64,000 nt of DNA. Source: Camelus ferus (Eukaryota). Below the pieces are notes generated by a model. It saw only the letters and a list, made by a program, of their open reading frames with translations, was not told where the DNA came from and did not search any database. Made by a program: the position numbers and the translations under genes. Positions 1-12,919 of the stretch are shown piece after piece; within the stretch, counting starts at the first letter, position 1; each line of letters begins with the position of its first letter. Location of the stretch: positions 53,136,001 to 53,200,000 of the forward strand of contig NC_045696.1 of NCBI RefSeq assembly GCF_009834535.1, in the 5' to 3' direction.

Positions 1-1134
1 GAACCACATTAGGAATTGTTGCAAAATTCCTTTAAGTTGGATCTCACATTCTGCACAAGTTCCTCCAAAGCAAAAGCCCCCCTGTTATCTTTCAGCCACT
101 CAAGTCCATCTGAGAACTCAAAGGGATTTCTTATATCGTACCTATGATGACTTAGCTAATGATTCAATCCAACAATGGGAAAATGAGAGTGATTCTGTAT
201 TTAGGAGCTCACCTCTGCAGGTTTCTCCTGAATAATGGCTTTAAATTATGCCACATGCTATGGAGGGCTTGCTTTTTCCTAAGAAAAGATGACTTATCAA
301 ACTGTGCTATCTCTTTAGTAAATTGACTAGGCAAAAGAACTCAACAAGGATGAAAATAGCTTTGGTGCTGAAGAGGCCACACGCATTTCCTGATAATGAT
401 TCCAGTGATTAAGGAGAAAGAATAAGATCAACCTGGAATCCTCAAATTGTTCCACTTTACTAAGTGGACTACAGTCCATTTTCCCAACTCCAGCATAGCG
501 AGGTATATAAATCTTTTTTAAAAATTTTTGTATAGAATAATGGTGATACATAAAACCAATAGTGGATTTAATTTAGAACAACAGAACTTTTATAGGATGG
601 TAACCATAATGTGATTACAAATTCATAGGAAAGTATGGGTGGGCTGTCATATTATTTAGAGGAGAATTGGCATTGGATCAATTAGATTGTCTTTCTCTCA
701 GCTATTGCTAAGGGCTGAGAACCAGTTCCAGAGGCAAACGGGCACTCTACCTAGATACCTCTTAATTCAATCTTGTGAGATTTTTTTAACAGTAGTTTTA
801 ACACTTTGCCTTTAACTAAAACCTAGTCCAAATTATAACATTCACAGTACTTAGCAACTGCTGATTCATTACTTTGACTAATGAGATCTAGTAGATTTGC
901 TCTGCAAATGAGAAAAAGAAAAAACAAGATAGATTTTATATAAAATTATGGTCAAATCTTTGTTTCTGGAGCATCAAAACCAATGAATATACTAGAGCTC
1001 TAGCAAGCTCAACATTTTAAATCTGTGTCTGCATATTCAAATAAAAATGGAAAGTCTCCCAAAATAGCTCATATCATGGAATAACCTGTAATGGTAACCT
1101 ATAATATAAGCAGCTTAATGGTTTTCCTGGGCCT

Positions 1135-1195
1135 ATATACCTCCTAGTGCAGTTGTGAGGATTAACAGAGTTATCGTAAGTAAAGCACTTACTTG
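1135..1195 (+). mobile_element. MIR SINE fragment (3' part)
   Basis: acctcctagtgcagttgtgaggattaacagagttatcgtaagtaaagcactta resembles the MIR 3' region (gttgtgaggattaaatgag...gtaaagcactt). Confidence 0.6.
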
Positions 1196-1411
1196 CTGGT
1201 CTATTAAATATTTTCAGACAATAAAGCAATATGCCAAAAGAGATGTGATTCAGATGATGATAGACACTGGATGTTAACTGTCGATCACAAATACATTGGC
1301 CCACCTTGAGAAACTGTGAAACCAAAGATTCAGTTCTATGTGTTATGGCACTTGGTACCTTACATACCTTGACTACTTTAGAAAGGCATTTTTAAAAATT
1401 CCTTACTTTTC

Positions 1412-1520
1412 CCAAGGTTTTAATATGAAAAAAATTTAAACATACAGAAAAGTTGGTCTATCCAGTGAACACATATATCCACCACTCAGATTCTACAATT
1501 AACATTTTCTTATACTTGTT
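1412..1520 (-). mobile_element. old L1 (L1MC/L1ME-type) 3' end fragment
   Basis: aatttaaacatacagaaaagttg...gtgaacacatatatccaccactcagattctacaattaacattt is typical of the antisense 3' terminus of ancient L1M elements. Confidence 0.6.
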
Positions 1521-2264
1521 TAGGAAGCCATATTTGATAGCAAAGTGTGGAACACAAAGTGTATCTTCATACACTTTCATTTATCTTAAGTGACCCATTC
1601 ACTGACAGAATCAGTTGCTCAAGGTTTAACATGTTATGGTAAAATCTATTGTCCACAATTAGTTAAAATCTTTCAAAACTCAAAAGGAATCTCACCCACT
1701 GATTAAACTTTTCACAGCTTCCCATGGGTCTTAGGTTAATGACCTCAGACTTTACTGGGTTCAGCAATGCCCTGTCTGGTCTGGGACCTAAGTTCTTCTT
1801 GAGTCTCACCTCACTGCACCCTCTCCCTTTTATCTGCCTTGGGCTCCTTTCAGCTCTTAAATAGGCCTCGTTCCCTCCTCCTTCAAGTGCTTGACACATA
1901 TTTCCCCCCCACCCCTACTCATTTTGCTTAGTCAGATTATCAACATCCTCAAAGAGGTTTCCAAAGTAAAAGGCACGCACCCTATGAGGAATGAAAGCCA
2001 TTTCTTTGGGGACAAGAAAAAAAAAAAAACCTTTTATTTCTGTTCACTTTTACCTAACTTAAAGGCAAATTATGCTTTGAAAATATTGAGATATCTATAG
2101 ATACGAATATACACAGGTACTTCACACATTATAAATGCATATTTGGAGTATAAAAAGTGTTTTCAGGTCATTGCCTCAGATCGCAGCTCCATTATTATCG
2201 CGAATGCCTTCCTTTATCAACCAGGTGAACACAAAATCCCCCATGTAGACTCATAGCACGATAC

Positions 2265-2430
2265 ACTTCTGTGAAGCACTGTGGTAGCTACAATTTTACA
2301 TTTATCTCCGAGACGATTTGATCATGTCTGTTCTCATTCACTAGACTCTCTTATGAGGGAAGGCACAGAGGTTTAGTTTTGATGACTTAAAAAAAATAAT
2401 GCCTAACATGTTGCCTGATTATAAATATGT
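2265..2430 (+). mobile_element. L2 LINE 3' end fragment
   Basis: tgtctgttctcattcactagactctcttatgagggaaggcacagagg...gcctaacatgttgcctga resembles the L2 3' tail. Confidence 0.5.
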
Positions 2431-3221
2431 GATGGACATAAAAGTGTGTGTGCACACACATGTGTGTCTGAAACATATAAATGCACATATATTAAGAACA
2501 TACAGTACACATTTGAAACATACATGTGCATACATATATAAATCAGCCAAAATCAAAGCCCAAATCAAAGAGAGAGCTGAGGTTTCTTCCTTCTCTACTT
2601 ATAACCAATAAACCCTTTCTCCATTTCTCTAGTTCTTTTTTCCATTAATTTCAGTGGATTATCTTTGAGTCATGTGTTTATTTGTTACAGACTTGTCAGG
2701 ACAAAGCTCAAATATCAGCCGGGTTCGTGATGCCCATGGTAATTGCAAAACCATTTGCTGTAAAACAGATTAAGAGGCCCTACTCAGCAAGCACTGAGCC
2801 AAGTTCTTCCCTGGCCACTTCAGGAACATGTGGCAGGGCTCTGTAATGTGATGGATAACATATGAAGTGCAGAGGGCTGCCCATATGCCGCTGCAATTTT
2901 CCTGTACAGGATGTGCTCTTTGGACTTAATAATGGTGATTTAGGGCACTGGTGAAAATTCCAGTTCTCTTTAGGTCTCCCTCAGAGTTCCCAGGCAGGGG
3001 GTGGCAAACCTGTAATTCCACACTGCAGGAAAGAAAATGAAAGAAGGGAAAAGAGACCTCTAGGACTGACTTGCATCCGAAATTATCAGATCCTTTTCTA
3101 CTACCTGTCATAGGAAGGGAAAGATATCACTGCTGAAAATCCTGAAAGTTGAGTAAAAGAATGCAGGAAGTCACATAAAACCCTTCTAATTTGGGCTGGG
3201 CTTCAAGGAAAAATGCTGGAG

Positions 3222-3234
3222 ATATATATATATA

Positions 3235-3282
<48 letters not shown>
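3222..3282. repeat. compound (TA)n(TG)n microsatellite
   Basis: A short (TA)n run is followed directly by ~21 perfect TG units. Confidence 0.97.
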
Positions 3283-3284
<2 letters not shown>

Positions 3285-4509
3285 CACAGTGGTGCTTTAT
3301 ATATATATAAAGCAGTGGTGAGATTAGCCAAACACATGTTTGGTGTCTGAGACGGGTAACAATGCACATGAAAGGATGCTGGCTGGCGTTTTGGTGGGCA
3401 GGAAGTAAGACGTGATGAGAATATGGTTGTTAAATATTTTAAATTAAATCAGGCTTTACTTATAGATAAAAAATATTTCAGAGTGCTACATTTTTAAGGA
3501 TACAAGCAAACTGGAACTCTTTCGGAAGAAAGAGACCAGTTATGATGTGATGACACAATATTATACCTAAAATAGAATGGTTACAAAAAACAAGTCGTAA
3601 TCAGGGATGTAACTGGGGAAAGGGAAGCTCCGGAGGAATGCGATTGCTAGTATCAAGTGGGAAGGTGTGCTTTGTGAAAGGAGTATTATGTGGAGAATTA
3701 GGCATATCTCATGTAGCCTTGAAAAGCAGCACTGGGCCCTGTGCGTAGAAGCTTTAAAGACAGGTTCAAGTCCATTTAAGGAAGGGTATTCTTAGTGCTC
3801 TGATGATTGGGTAGGCAGCCTCAGGAAGGAGACTGAAAGTGGAACGCTGAAGGTGATCAATCACAGCCCAGATAATGGGTTTCCAAGGCAGCCAGATTAT
3901 CAGAGTCACCTGGGAACCTCCCAACCATGCCCGGACCCAATGCCAGTGACCCATATGTCTAGGCAAAGTGTAGGACCCCGAGCTACATGAGCATTCTGTG
4001 AATTGTGTGACGGTACAGACATAATGCAAGCAGGATGAAGTAGGTAATTTCTAAGAGCCCCTTCATTCCTGAGACACTGATTCCACCTTTCTTTATACTT
4101 TCTAGTGATAGTAATAATCAAAGAACCGACAAAAGGAGAAGGACTTCAATGAATATTCAAAGAATTTTATGATTTATGATGTTTTCAGTGAGAATTTTTA
4201 GTTTCTTTAGATGTCCTTATGCTTTTTACTTTATTCCCTGGTTATGTTTGCTAATGTAGTCATTGGCAAAAAGAAGAGATGATGATTTTCGCTAGTCACT
4301 TCCAACCAAACCATTTAGTAATTATTCTGGTGAAAATTACTTTATGACCCCCTAAAACATGAGGAAGAATATATCTCAGTGAAAAAGAAGGAGAGAAAAA
4401 TAACAAAACTGAAACAAACAAGGGAGAACTATTTACAATAAAACATATTTGGCAACGTTTTGGTGACGGGTGTGTAAATGTGTCATGGATGTGTAGACAT
4501 ACTCTATGA

Positions 4510-4665
4510 AGCGTTCGTAAATTTCACTGCAGATAGAGAACATCTGAGAAATTTGTTAACATGCAGGTTTGACGGCTGCATGCCTGAGATTCTGATTCAG
4601 TAGATCTTGAATGGGTCAAAAATTTGTGTTTTTAATAAGCAGAAACAGACCACATTTAGAAAAAG
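4510..4665 (+). mobile_element. MER5A-like hAT-Charlie MITE
   Basis: catctgagaaatttgttaacatgcag...gagattctgattcagtagatcttgaatggg...aatttgtgtttttaataagc...gaccacatttaga matches MER5A core motifs. Confidence 0.75.
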
Positions 4666-4673
4666 AATATTTA

Positions 4674-4880
4674 CAATGCTCTCTGACGGAACTTTCTGCA
4701 ATGATGGAAATGCTCTATAGACGTGCTTTTCAATGAAGGGTCCCCAGCCACGTGTGGCTGCTGAGGACTTGAAAAGTAGCTAGTGCAGATGAGGAACTGT
4801 TGAATTTTATTTTATTAAAACTACTTAAAATTTAAATAGCCAAATGTGGCAGGTGACTCTGTCATATTGGAGAATTCAGC
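4674..4880 (+). mobile_element. MER3 hAT-Charlie MITE, near full length
   Basis: gaactttctgcaatgatggaaatgctctata...agccacgtgtggctgctgaggacttgaaaagtagctagtgcagatgaggaactg...aaatttaaatagccaaatgtggc...tattgga follows the MER3 consensus end to end. Confidence 0.88.
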
Positions 4881-7479
4881 TTTAGAACTATGTACTTTGT
4901 TTTGGGACAAGGAACATGCAGTTTTCTTTTGTATTGTACCTACCACAATGAGGAAGCAAGAAATATTATATTGCAATAAAAATAGCATGAAATAATATTT
5001 TTGCAGGATGTTTCCATTTAATCTATAAGTTAATATAGTAGTATGATTTTATATTATCAGTATTATGAGAGTAAACATTTTAATTTTTATCCCAGTCTGT
5101 AAATAGCAAGTAATGCCATATTCATAAGGTGAACTAAATGAACCATCTGTGGTTAACCCCTTTTATTTGTACTTAACATAATGGAACACTGAGCAGGAAG
5201 TATGTCGTTGGACCATGTGACAATCCCACAAGTTAGCTTCATGACTATTCTGCTGCTATCTGACAGGTCAAGTACATAAGCCTTGTCTTGGCATTAGGAA
5301 TGGCTGCACTGTGGGCTTAAGAAATTCTCCAATCTATCAACCTCTCCTTCCCAAGCAAATGCTAGGAATACTGACTGCCAAGAAAGTCACAACAGAAGCA
5401 ATTGAGATCCAAGCTATCTTATGGATGGGTTTAGTGCCAAAAAATATTCCAAATCAAAGAGCATTAGGGTGTAGTATTTACACACCAAAAGAGACAATGC
5501 AGCAGATTATCCTTCAAAATTAGATGGACTTCTACGTCAGATTTAGCAGGGATGTAAACCTTATCTTTACTGGACCTTTTCTGAGAAACATTTAGATAGA
5601 GAAGCTACAAAATGCACACACACAAACACACACAGACTAAATAGATGGGGTTTGGCAGGCGAGGGTGGGGAATAGCGGATTGGGATGCTGGAGTGAGAGT
5701 GCATAATCATGTCAAAATAACTCACCCTCAAGCAGAAAAGAAAATAAAAGGGAAGTAGGGCAGAAAAGAAAGAACATTAATGGATCCGCCTCCTTTGCCC
5801 CCAGAGACAAAGGTTCTTTCTGCACATTCACATTAGCATTTTGGCATATGAAAATGAATTCTAGTGCTGGTCTACAACAAATTACTGCTCTTCTAAGTAA
5901 AAGCTTAGATAATCTTATGGGGCTGGCAATACGTGGTCTTAGAGAATTATTCTTAGAGAGTCTGTGAATGGCAGTACACATGTCTCGTGTATGGATTGGT
6001 GTGGGTAATATTCCACTACCTGTGCGGCTTGGTGAAGTAGCCTGGTTCCTGGGAGATCCTTCCCTAGAAAACTAGTTCTGGTCAGAAAATAGAGGGAAGG
6101 AGGGATTCTGAAGCCAGTGCCTCTAAATCTTTCCCCAGTGATGCCAGGACATCATGAGGGCTCACTTTGTAATCAGAGTTGGGAAACCTATGCCCTATTA
6201 TAATGTTTTAAAAAGTTATCCTCTATGTGGCACATCTCAGTTTCCTTTCGTGGGAACCCTCTGTGGTTCAACTTCTTTGATCATCACAATTTCATAGAAT
6301 TTATATAGATGCAAAAGAGGAAGCTTCTATTGCTAACGGTCATGTAACAAAATCAGCATGTTTGGTTTGGGATTAAAATCCTGATTTTCTGATGTTTAAT
6401 TTCAGGCACATTTTATAATACCACACTAGCCCCTATCTTAATACCATGTTTCTAAAAAATATTAGCAAAAGGGGTTTACAGGTTTCATTCAAAAGAAATA
6501 AGAAGATTGGCATTTACTGGTTGTGTTACTTCTGCACTCACAACTTCGTCTGTCTGTCTGTACAGGTGTGTATGTATGTATGTGTGTATATGTACACATT
6601 CCAAGGCTATACTTTTTTTGGATGTCCTGGTCTTGATAAATCTCTGTGACCTACAGTTCTGGCAGCAATTCTAGGCTTTGTCCTCCTTACAAAACTCCCT
6701 GCACAAGCTCTCTTAGGGCTGCATGGCTTGGCAGTCAGCCTACCTGTCCCCTTAACCCCTACTCGCCACCACCCGGCCCTAGTCTTCTTGATTTCTGTCC
6801 TGCCAAGGAACAATAGATGATTGGAAGTTCCTGGGTCTGTGGATAAGGAAAGGAGCTTGGAGGAGAGGAAAAACAACAAAATAGGAAAAAAAAAAAGCAA
6901 GAAGAAAGCCACATGTATATTTTACAGTTTTCAAATGCTTTCATATTTGTTAATAAGAATCACACAGGCATCCTGGGGCGTCTCTGAGTTACCTAAACAC
7001 ATTTGTTGCTAAGGTTAAAGCTTGTTAGGAAAGGTTTCTAAGTATTGCTGAGGGTTTTTGTTTGTTTGCATTTTAAGATTGTTCCTGCTAAAGTCTCAGC
7101 TTGAGTTGGGTCCTCTGAATCATGACTATGCCGAATATTTGTGCAAATGTTGGATAATAGCGCATTTTAACTCAATCACACATCATGCGTCTTAAATCCC
7201 TGTCCTGTTTACTTAAGCAACAAGCATCTGGGTTTCCACAGTCAGATTATTTAACATCCAACAATGCCCTATTAGGATGGATAGAGCAACAGACAGACTA
7301 CTTAAATCCTCTGAAATTCTAGAGCCGCTTCTTCCCTGTCACTCCTGACTCCATCACCTAAGACAGTATCAAATAGTAAGGAAAAGTGAGGACAGAGAAG
7401 AGATTATAAGGTGAAGATGTTGGTGTGGAGAAGGTATTTTACTGTAATTAATCTTGTCTCATTTGAAATCAACATGGGT

Positions 7480-7720
7480 TCGCTCACTCACCTAATATAC
7501 GTGGAGTGCTGTCAGGTTTCAGATCTACTTCTCATCACTTCAGATATAAGTGTGCATATGATGATTCACTGCTCTAAAGGAGCCTCAAAGCTTAGTGAGA
7601 ACGATACCAGCAGTGTAACTGCTGTGTACATGGCATCAGTGGAACAGGAAGGAGCTCCCTAACTAGTACCTGAGGTATCAGGGAAGGCTTCCTGTAGGAA
7701 GACAGCTAATTCTGACTATC
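7480..7720 (-). mobile_element. L2 LINE fragment
   Basis: Antisense L2 3' pattern: ctgctctaaaggagcctcaaagcttagtg...tcagggaaggcttcctgtaggaagacagc. Confidence 0.6.
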
Positions 7721-8469
7721 GCAAGTGGGCAGCCTTTATCAATGATTGCCTCTCTGTGTCTGTTTCCACACTTATAACTTTTGAAAAGATCCCACACAGC
7801 TTTAATATACCAGGGAAGGTAGATATAAACATTCGCTGAATCTACCCTCTGCACGCTGATCACAATGCTTTGTCCAGGCATATGGTTAGTATGAGCAGAG
7901 AATGGTCTTAGGTTGAAATTTTGTACACTCAACATATAAATCAAGTTTCCTTCCCTCTGCCCTTTGGATGGGTGCAGAAGCTGGTTCCAGAAGCCTGAGC
8001 CGGGCATATCTGCAGACACCACTGACCTCTCTTCAGCAAGAACCCAACTGCACATTTTAGTTGTGCCCCATCACTGCAGCTTTCTCCTCTTGTGCTAAAT
8101 AAATAGTTTATGACATGTACAAGGGAAAGCTGTACATTTAATTTTGTCCCCTGCAGTGTGATTCCTATCTTGTTTGCTGGCAACATAATGAATGTGTTTG
8201 CCCTCCAGACCCCCCGCCCAGTGGAGCAATTGGAGGATAAAGAAAGAGAAAATAGGAAAGTACAATTAGGTAGATGGATTAAAACTGGATTAATCAGAGG
8301 CTCAGCTAAAGATGGACATATGCCTTTTGTGTGTGTTTGTATTTTTTTTCCCCAGAAATCTACTAAACAGGAGATGATAATTAAGGAAAATCTGGACTCT
8401 ATCTGTGCCTTGGAAATGTAAGAGTGGTCCATATAGGTTATTTTTAATTATGATGGAAATCCGAGCAGA

Positions 8470-8995
8470 ACAGACTGGCTGTACTCCCCACAGACCTCAA
8501 CTGCTGTCACCCCCAACTCCCCTCCGCCCCATTGGCCCCACTACTATGCTACAAAAATGCCAGGTTCCCTATCACCAGGGAGCCTGCACTGCTGATCCCT
8601 TGAATGTCTTCCCTTGCTCTATGCATGATTGGCTTCCTCCCATTCTCAGCTGCCTTCTCATCCCATCCAGTTTCTCCTGATGCCTTTAGCCCTGTTGCAT
8701 AATCTCAAGAGTCTTCATCATATGGAAAAATCTTGCATGTAGAGAGTATATCTATCTCTATCTTATCTATCTATCTATCTATCCTTCTATCTATCTATCT
8801 ATCCTTCTATCTATCTATCAACATATAGAATATGCATGCATTTTCTTGTTTTTTAATTTGTTTCTCCCACTAGAATATAAGTTTGGTGGGGGCAGGGAAT
8901 TTGTCTATTTTATTCCCTATGTATTTCTGGTAACCACCATAAATAAAACATATCACATGTCATTGCTCAATGACACACTGAATCAATGAATAAAT
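8470..8995 (+). mobile_element. L2 LINE 3' region interrupted by a (CTAT)n repeat
   Basis: ctgcactgctgatcccttgaatgtcttccc... then tctcccactagaatataagtttggtgggggcagggaatttgtctattttattccctatgtatttc...gctcaatgacacactgaatcaatgaataaat (L2 tail). Confidence 0.7.
8750..8820. repeat. interrupted (CTAT)n tetranucleotide microsatellite
   Basis: ctatctatctatccttctatctatctatctatccttctatctatctatc, with an internal 20-bp higher-order duplication. Confidence 0.93.
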
Positions 8996-9074
8996 TATAT
9001 ATCAAGGTAAAAGTTACTCAGGAAAAAAAATTCCAGCACCTTCTGCTATTGTAACAAGACCCCAATTGATACCA

Positions 9075-9335
9075 ACATAGATGCCCTTTATAAAGCATTT
9101 ACCACATGCCAGGCATTGTTCTTTGTTCTTTGCATACTAACATATTTAATCCTTAGAGAAGACATAGGAGGCAGTCACTATTATTATCCATATCCTTTTA
9201 GAGGAGGAAACTTGGGCATAGAGAGCTTCAGTGATTTTCCCATGTTCACAAAGTTACCAAGTAGCAGCACTTGTGTTTGGACTCAGGCAGTTAGACTCCA
9301 GGATCCAAGCTCTTAGGTTCTACACTACACTGTCT
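9075..9335 (-). mobile_element. MIR SINE, near full length
   Basis: gcatttaccacatgccaggcattgttct...atttaatcct...gaggaaacttgggcatagagag...cccatgttcaca...actcaggcagttagactccag...tacactacactgtct is an antisense MIR including the core. Confidence 0.88.
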
Positions 9336-9697
9336 TTCAATTTACATCATCAGCCTAAGCAACCACAGGTACTCAGCACAAATAAAACAGTAACAACAAA
9401 AGGCCAAGTATACATGTGCGTGTTGTGTATGTACATATTTTTTTTGTAATTGTGTTAGACCACAGGCTCCCAAAACATGTAGTCATTGCTACCAGAAAAA
9501 AAAATCTAGTGTAAATATTCAGAGTCCATCTGCAGAGTCCTGTGACCTGAAATCACCTCACTGAACCTATTTAAATAGCTTAGAAATTAAGTAACTTATG
9601 CAGTTGTATTGCATAGGAGTGAAGACATTTCTCACATCATCATTTGGGCTAAAAGGTTGTTATACAAATCCATTCTTTAGAAAGGATGGAAAGAAAA

Positions 9698-9698
<1 letters not shown>

Positions 9699-9739
<41 letters not shown>
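9699..9739. repeat. (TG)n microsatellite
   Basis: About 20 perfect TG units. Confidence 0.97.
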
Positions 9740-9742
<3 letters not shown>

Positions 9743-9829
9743 TATGTATAAAAATTATAAAAGGTAATTGAAATGAGAAAGGCCTCAGAATCTTATGAAG
9801 CATCATAGCATTTGTACCTGGTCCATATG

Positions 9830-9945
9830 TCCATGCATCCATCCATCCATCCATCCATCCAATGTCTGCTAGGAGCCCATCGCTGTGTAAGTGATGTAAG
9901 CAGTGACAAGGCAGATACTGTTCCTGTCCCCCATGGAGATACTGC
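9830..9945 (-). mobile_element. L2 3' terminus with (CATC)n-expanded tail
   Basis: (catc)n is followed by aagcagtgacaaggcagatactgttcctgtcccccatggag, an antisense L2 end. Confidence 0.55.
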
Positions 9946-12102
9946 TGGCATGTAATGTTGCCAACACTCCCCACCCTACATCTGTATAGAACTATTATGC
10001 GGAACCAATTTGTAAACAGGACAGAGAAAAATCTGGGTGTGAGTGTGAAGACCGAAGGCAGAGCAGGAAGAGTGGCACAGACATCAGAAGCAGCAGCACT
10101 GGGTAAGGGACGAAGGACTTGTGAGAGGACAGGAGCAAGTAGGAAGCCAGGAGATGAAAGTAAGGGGAGCAGGGGAAGGAACAGAGTCAAAAAAGGAATG
10201 ACAACCTTGTACTAACAGACTCAGCAGGTTGATCCCATGCACTTAGGATAAGTGGAACTATTCACATTACAGTATTTTTTAAGTATTTTAAGACATAGTA
10301 GTGGAAATATAAATCAGTTCAAATTGTTCCTTCTTCTTAGAATACAAAGGACCTCACCAAGCCATCACCTCTGTGTTTGTTTTGGGGACACTATCCTGAG
10401 AGTTTTTATTTCTTATTGACCAATGGGTTTGTTAGGGTACAGATTACATCGCTGGAGAGGAGCTCTCTCTGTGCTGTGTGGGCAGCAGAACTATGGCTAC
10501 ATTTCCCAAGAATCAAAGGATATTCATTTACATTTGAAACAAGAAAAAAAAAACTATCATTTTATTGTCAGTTTTATTCCAATCAATCCACCCCTCACTA
10601 CGACTGCCAAATAGACCTTTGATAGAAACCCAGCCCAGACATAGAATGTAAAATTTTAATGAGAAGATTTTGATGTTTACAACATCTAAGAATGTCCCCC
10701 AAAAGTCATGTGGTGGGAGGCATTTTTTTCGTTTTCTGTGCCTGTCTCTGCTCCCTGAGCATCTGACTTATTAGCAAGTCCTGACAGGATTGATTGGCAT
10801 ACCCTTGGCCATGCAAGATGCACGCGCCCCTGTGGTGTAAGCTGACAGGGCTCAGGATGGCCTTGACGACCTGAACATCTCCCCTGCTGATGCCTGAAGT
10901 TCCACTATTAGGGATTAATGCTTAGGGGAAATCAAGGAGCCATTGTGGATTAGAAAAGATACTGTAGGTTCAGTTTCTTAATTTAATTACCAGAAAACAC
11001 AGTACAACTCATTATATACTTCTAAACGTGAAATTGAATTCTGCTTTCATACTGGTATCTCCTTTTAAAAATGGAAATTCCCTTAAAACGGACAGCGATA
11101 GCCTCCTTTTAAAACTGATTTGTTCATTAAATCATTTTACTCCCTATACTTAAGAGTCAGGAAAAGGCATATGGGGAAAAACGAAAAGGCAGGAAATATC
11201 AAAACTTAAATTGTGTTTTTCTCCCTAAACTGCCTCTGGTAAATCATAGCAGTGGAACAGTTGTTCTTGAAGATCTTTTGCTCTTTTGCAGTTTACTTCC
11301 AGACCGGGAACAAAATGAGAGAGACAGGCCTGGGCAAGGGCGGACCACAGGGTCTGAGGTGCCGCCACAGGTTAAGTTTCCAGAGCCTGCTTCCCTCTCA
11401 TCTCATCCCCGTATGACTCTCTTCCTCCCATGATGAGAGCTGTGGCAGGTGAGCGGCACGGTCCTTGTGCCTGTTTCCAGGAAGCCTGGAGCCCGGCGAG
11501 GCCGACACAACACTGCCCACTCTGCAGAGAGAGCCATCACGGTCTAGGAGGACAGCCCTCCAGAAATTAAACTTGTTTTCTATAACCTTGTTTTACATTT
11601 TAAAAGTAATTCTCCCCAAAGATAACTTGATGTCTTTATACTCATTCCATTCTTTGTAGGATCAGAAGACCACTGATTATTTCAGCTGAAAAGGTTTTAA
11701 AAATCTAATTTATTTTTCTTCCCACTCCTGCTGTTGATTACTGTCAGTGGGTCTTGTGAAACGAGACTCATCTATTTTTAATGCCTGCCACTCAGTATGC
11801 TTTTAAAATAAATGGGTGTGAGTTTGAGTAAAGCTTGTGCCTCTTGTTACAGGCTGTAAACACCAACGGTGGGCTGCTGGCAATTTTCTTAGCCAAAGCC
11901 CTACTGTTATTAATAATTGATGGGCTTAAACCTCATCTCTGAGAAATCATGATCATACAGCCAGGTCCCCTGCTAGTCTTTAATCCACTTCTTGTGTTTC
12001 TTGTGTTTCTTGCGTTTGTCTGTGTGCTCTACCGTAATGTTTAGATTTTTAAGACACCACACATTTTTCAAGTTTCTCTTTAATAAGGGAATGCAATAAA
12101 AA

Positions 12103-12300
12103 GGAACTGGGATTTCAAAATGTAGAATAGAGAAACAAGATTGTACTGTATAGCAGAGGGAAATATATATAGGATCTTATGGTGGCTCACAGCGAAAGAG
12201 AATGTGAAAAGGAATGTATGTATGTTCATATATAACTGAAAAATTGTGCTGTACATTGAAATTTGACACAACATTGCAAAATGACTATAACTCAATAAAA
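12103..12300 (+). mobile_element. young, 5'-truncated L1 3' UTR (camelid-type)
   Basis: gggatttcaaaatgtagaatagagaaacaagattgtactgtatagcagagggaaatatat...ggtggctcacagcgaaa...tataactgaaaaattgtgctgtacattgaaatttgacacaacattgcaaaatgactataactcaataaaa is an L1 terminus ending in AATAAA. Confidence 0.85.
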
Positions 12301-12660
12301 ATGTATATATTTAAGGTAAGTCATATGCATAACATAACTAAGTAAAAGTCAATTTAAATTTTTTTTCAATTTACATTGAAAATAAGAAAAAGTAAAAAGA
12401 AAAAAAAAGAAATTTTAGCTATCAGTTGCCTTAACTTGTAAAAGCCAATCAGAGACCAGTATTTATGATTCAATCTAATTGACTAACAGTATAAGATAAA
12501 TTGTGTAATGCGCTTGCTAGTGACTGCTTCTTTTACTAATTTAAGAGGCTTTGTAGATAGAGATAGATAGATATTATAAAATGTAAAACTTGCTTTGTGT
12601 TACAAGCATTGGATAAAAAGTTTATTGTTGTGGAATAATTAATTTTATGATTGGGAAAGA

Positions 12661-12880
12661 CAGTTTTGCAGAATGTTTAAAAACATGGGTTCTGGAGTCC
12701 AATATACTGACCTCTGTCTCTTACTTGCTATATGATTGTGGCAAATTAATCTCTCTAACCCTTAGTCTGAAGAGGGGTATACTAAAACCTATTTGAGGTT
12801 GTGAGAATAACATAAGATAGTATGTGTAACACACTTGCTAGGTGACAAGAAGTGGGATTAGCATTCAATATATTAATAAC
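12661..12880 (+). mobile_element. MIR SINE
   Basis: aaaacatgggttctggagtcc...cttacttgctatatgattgtggcaaattaatctctct...ggttgtgagaataacataagatagtatgtgtaacacactt. Confidence 0.8.
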
Positions 12881-12919
12881 TGCTTGGATGTTTTTGACTA
12901 TAAAAAAAAGAGAAAATCC

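Noticed and set aside
7678..8432. 125-aa and 163-aa minus-strand ORFs
   Set aside because: No recognisable protein motifs or exon boundaries; lengths are compatible with chance in six frames of 64 kb when alternative starts are allowed.
9660..10215. Longest ORF (176 aa, minus) and the 86-aa plus ORF
   Set aside because: The long ORF runs through (TG)n, (CATC)n and L2-derived sequence and starts at a non-ATG codon. Neither ORF has a recognisable domain.
11270..11380. Possible plus-strand exon (cttttgctcttttgcag ... cacag/gttaag)
   Set aside because: The donor is weak and no frame yields a recognisable peptide.
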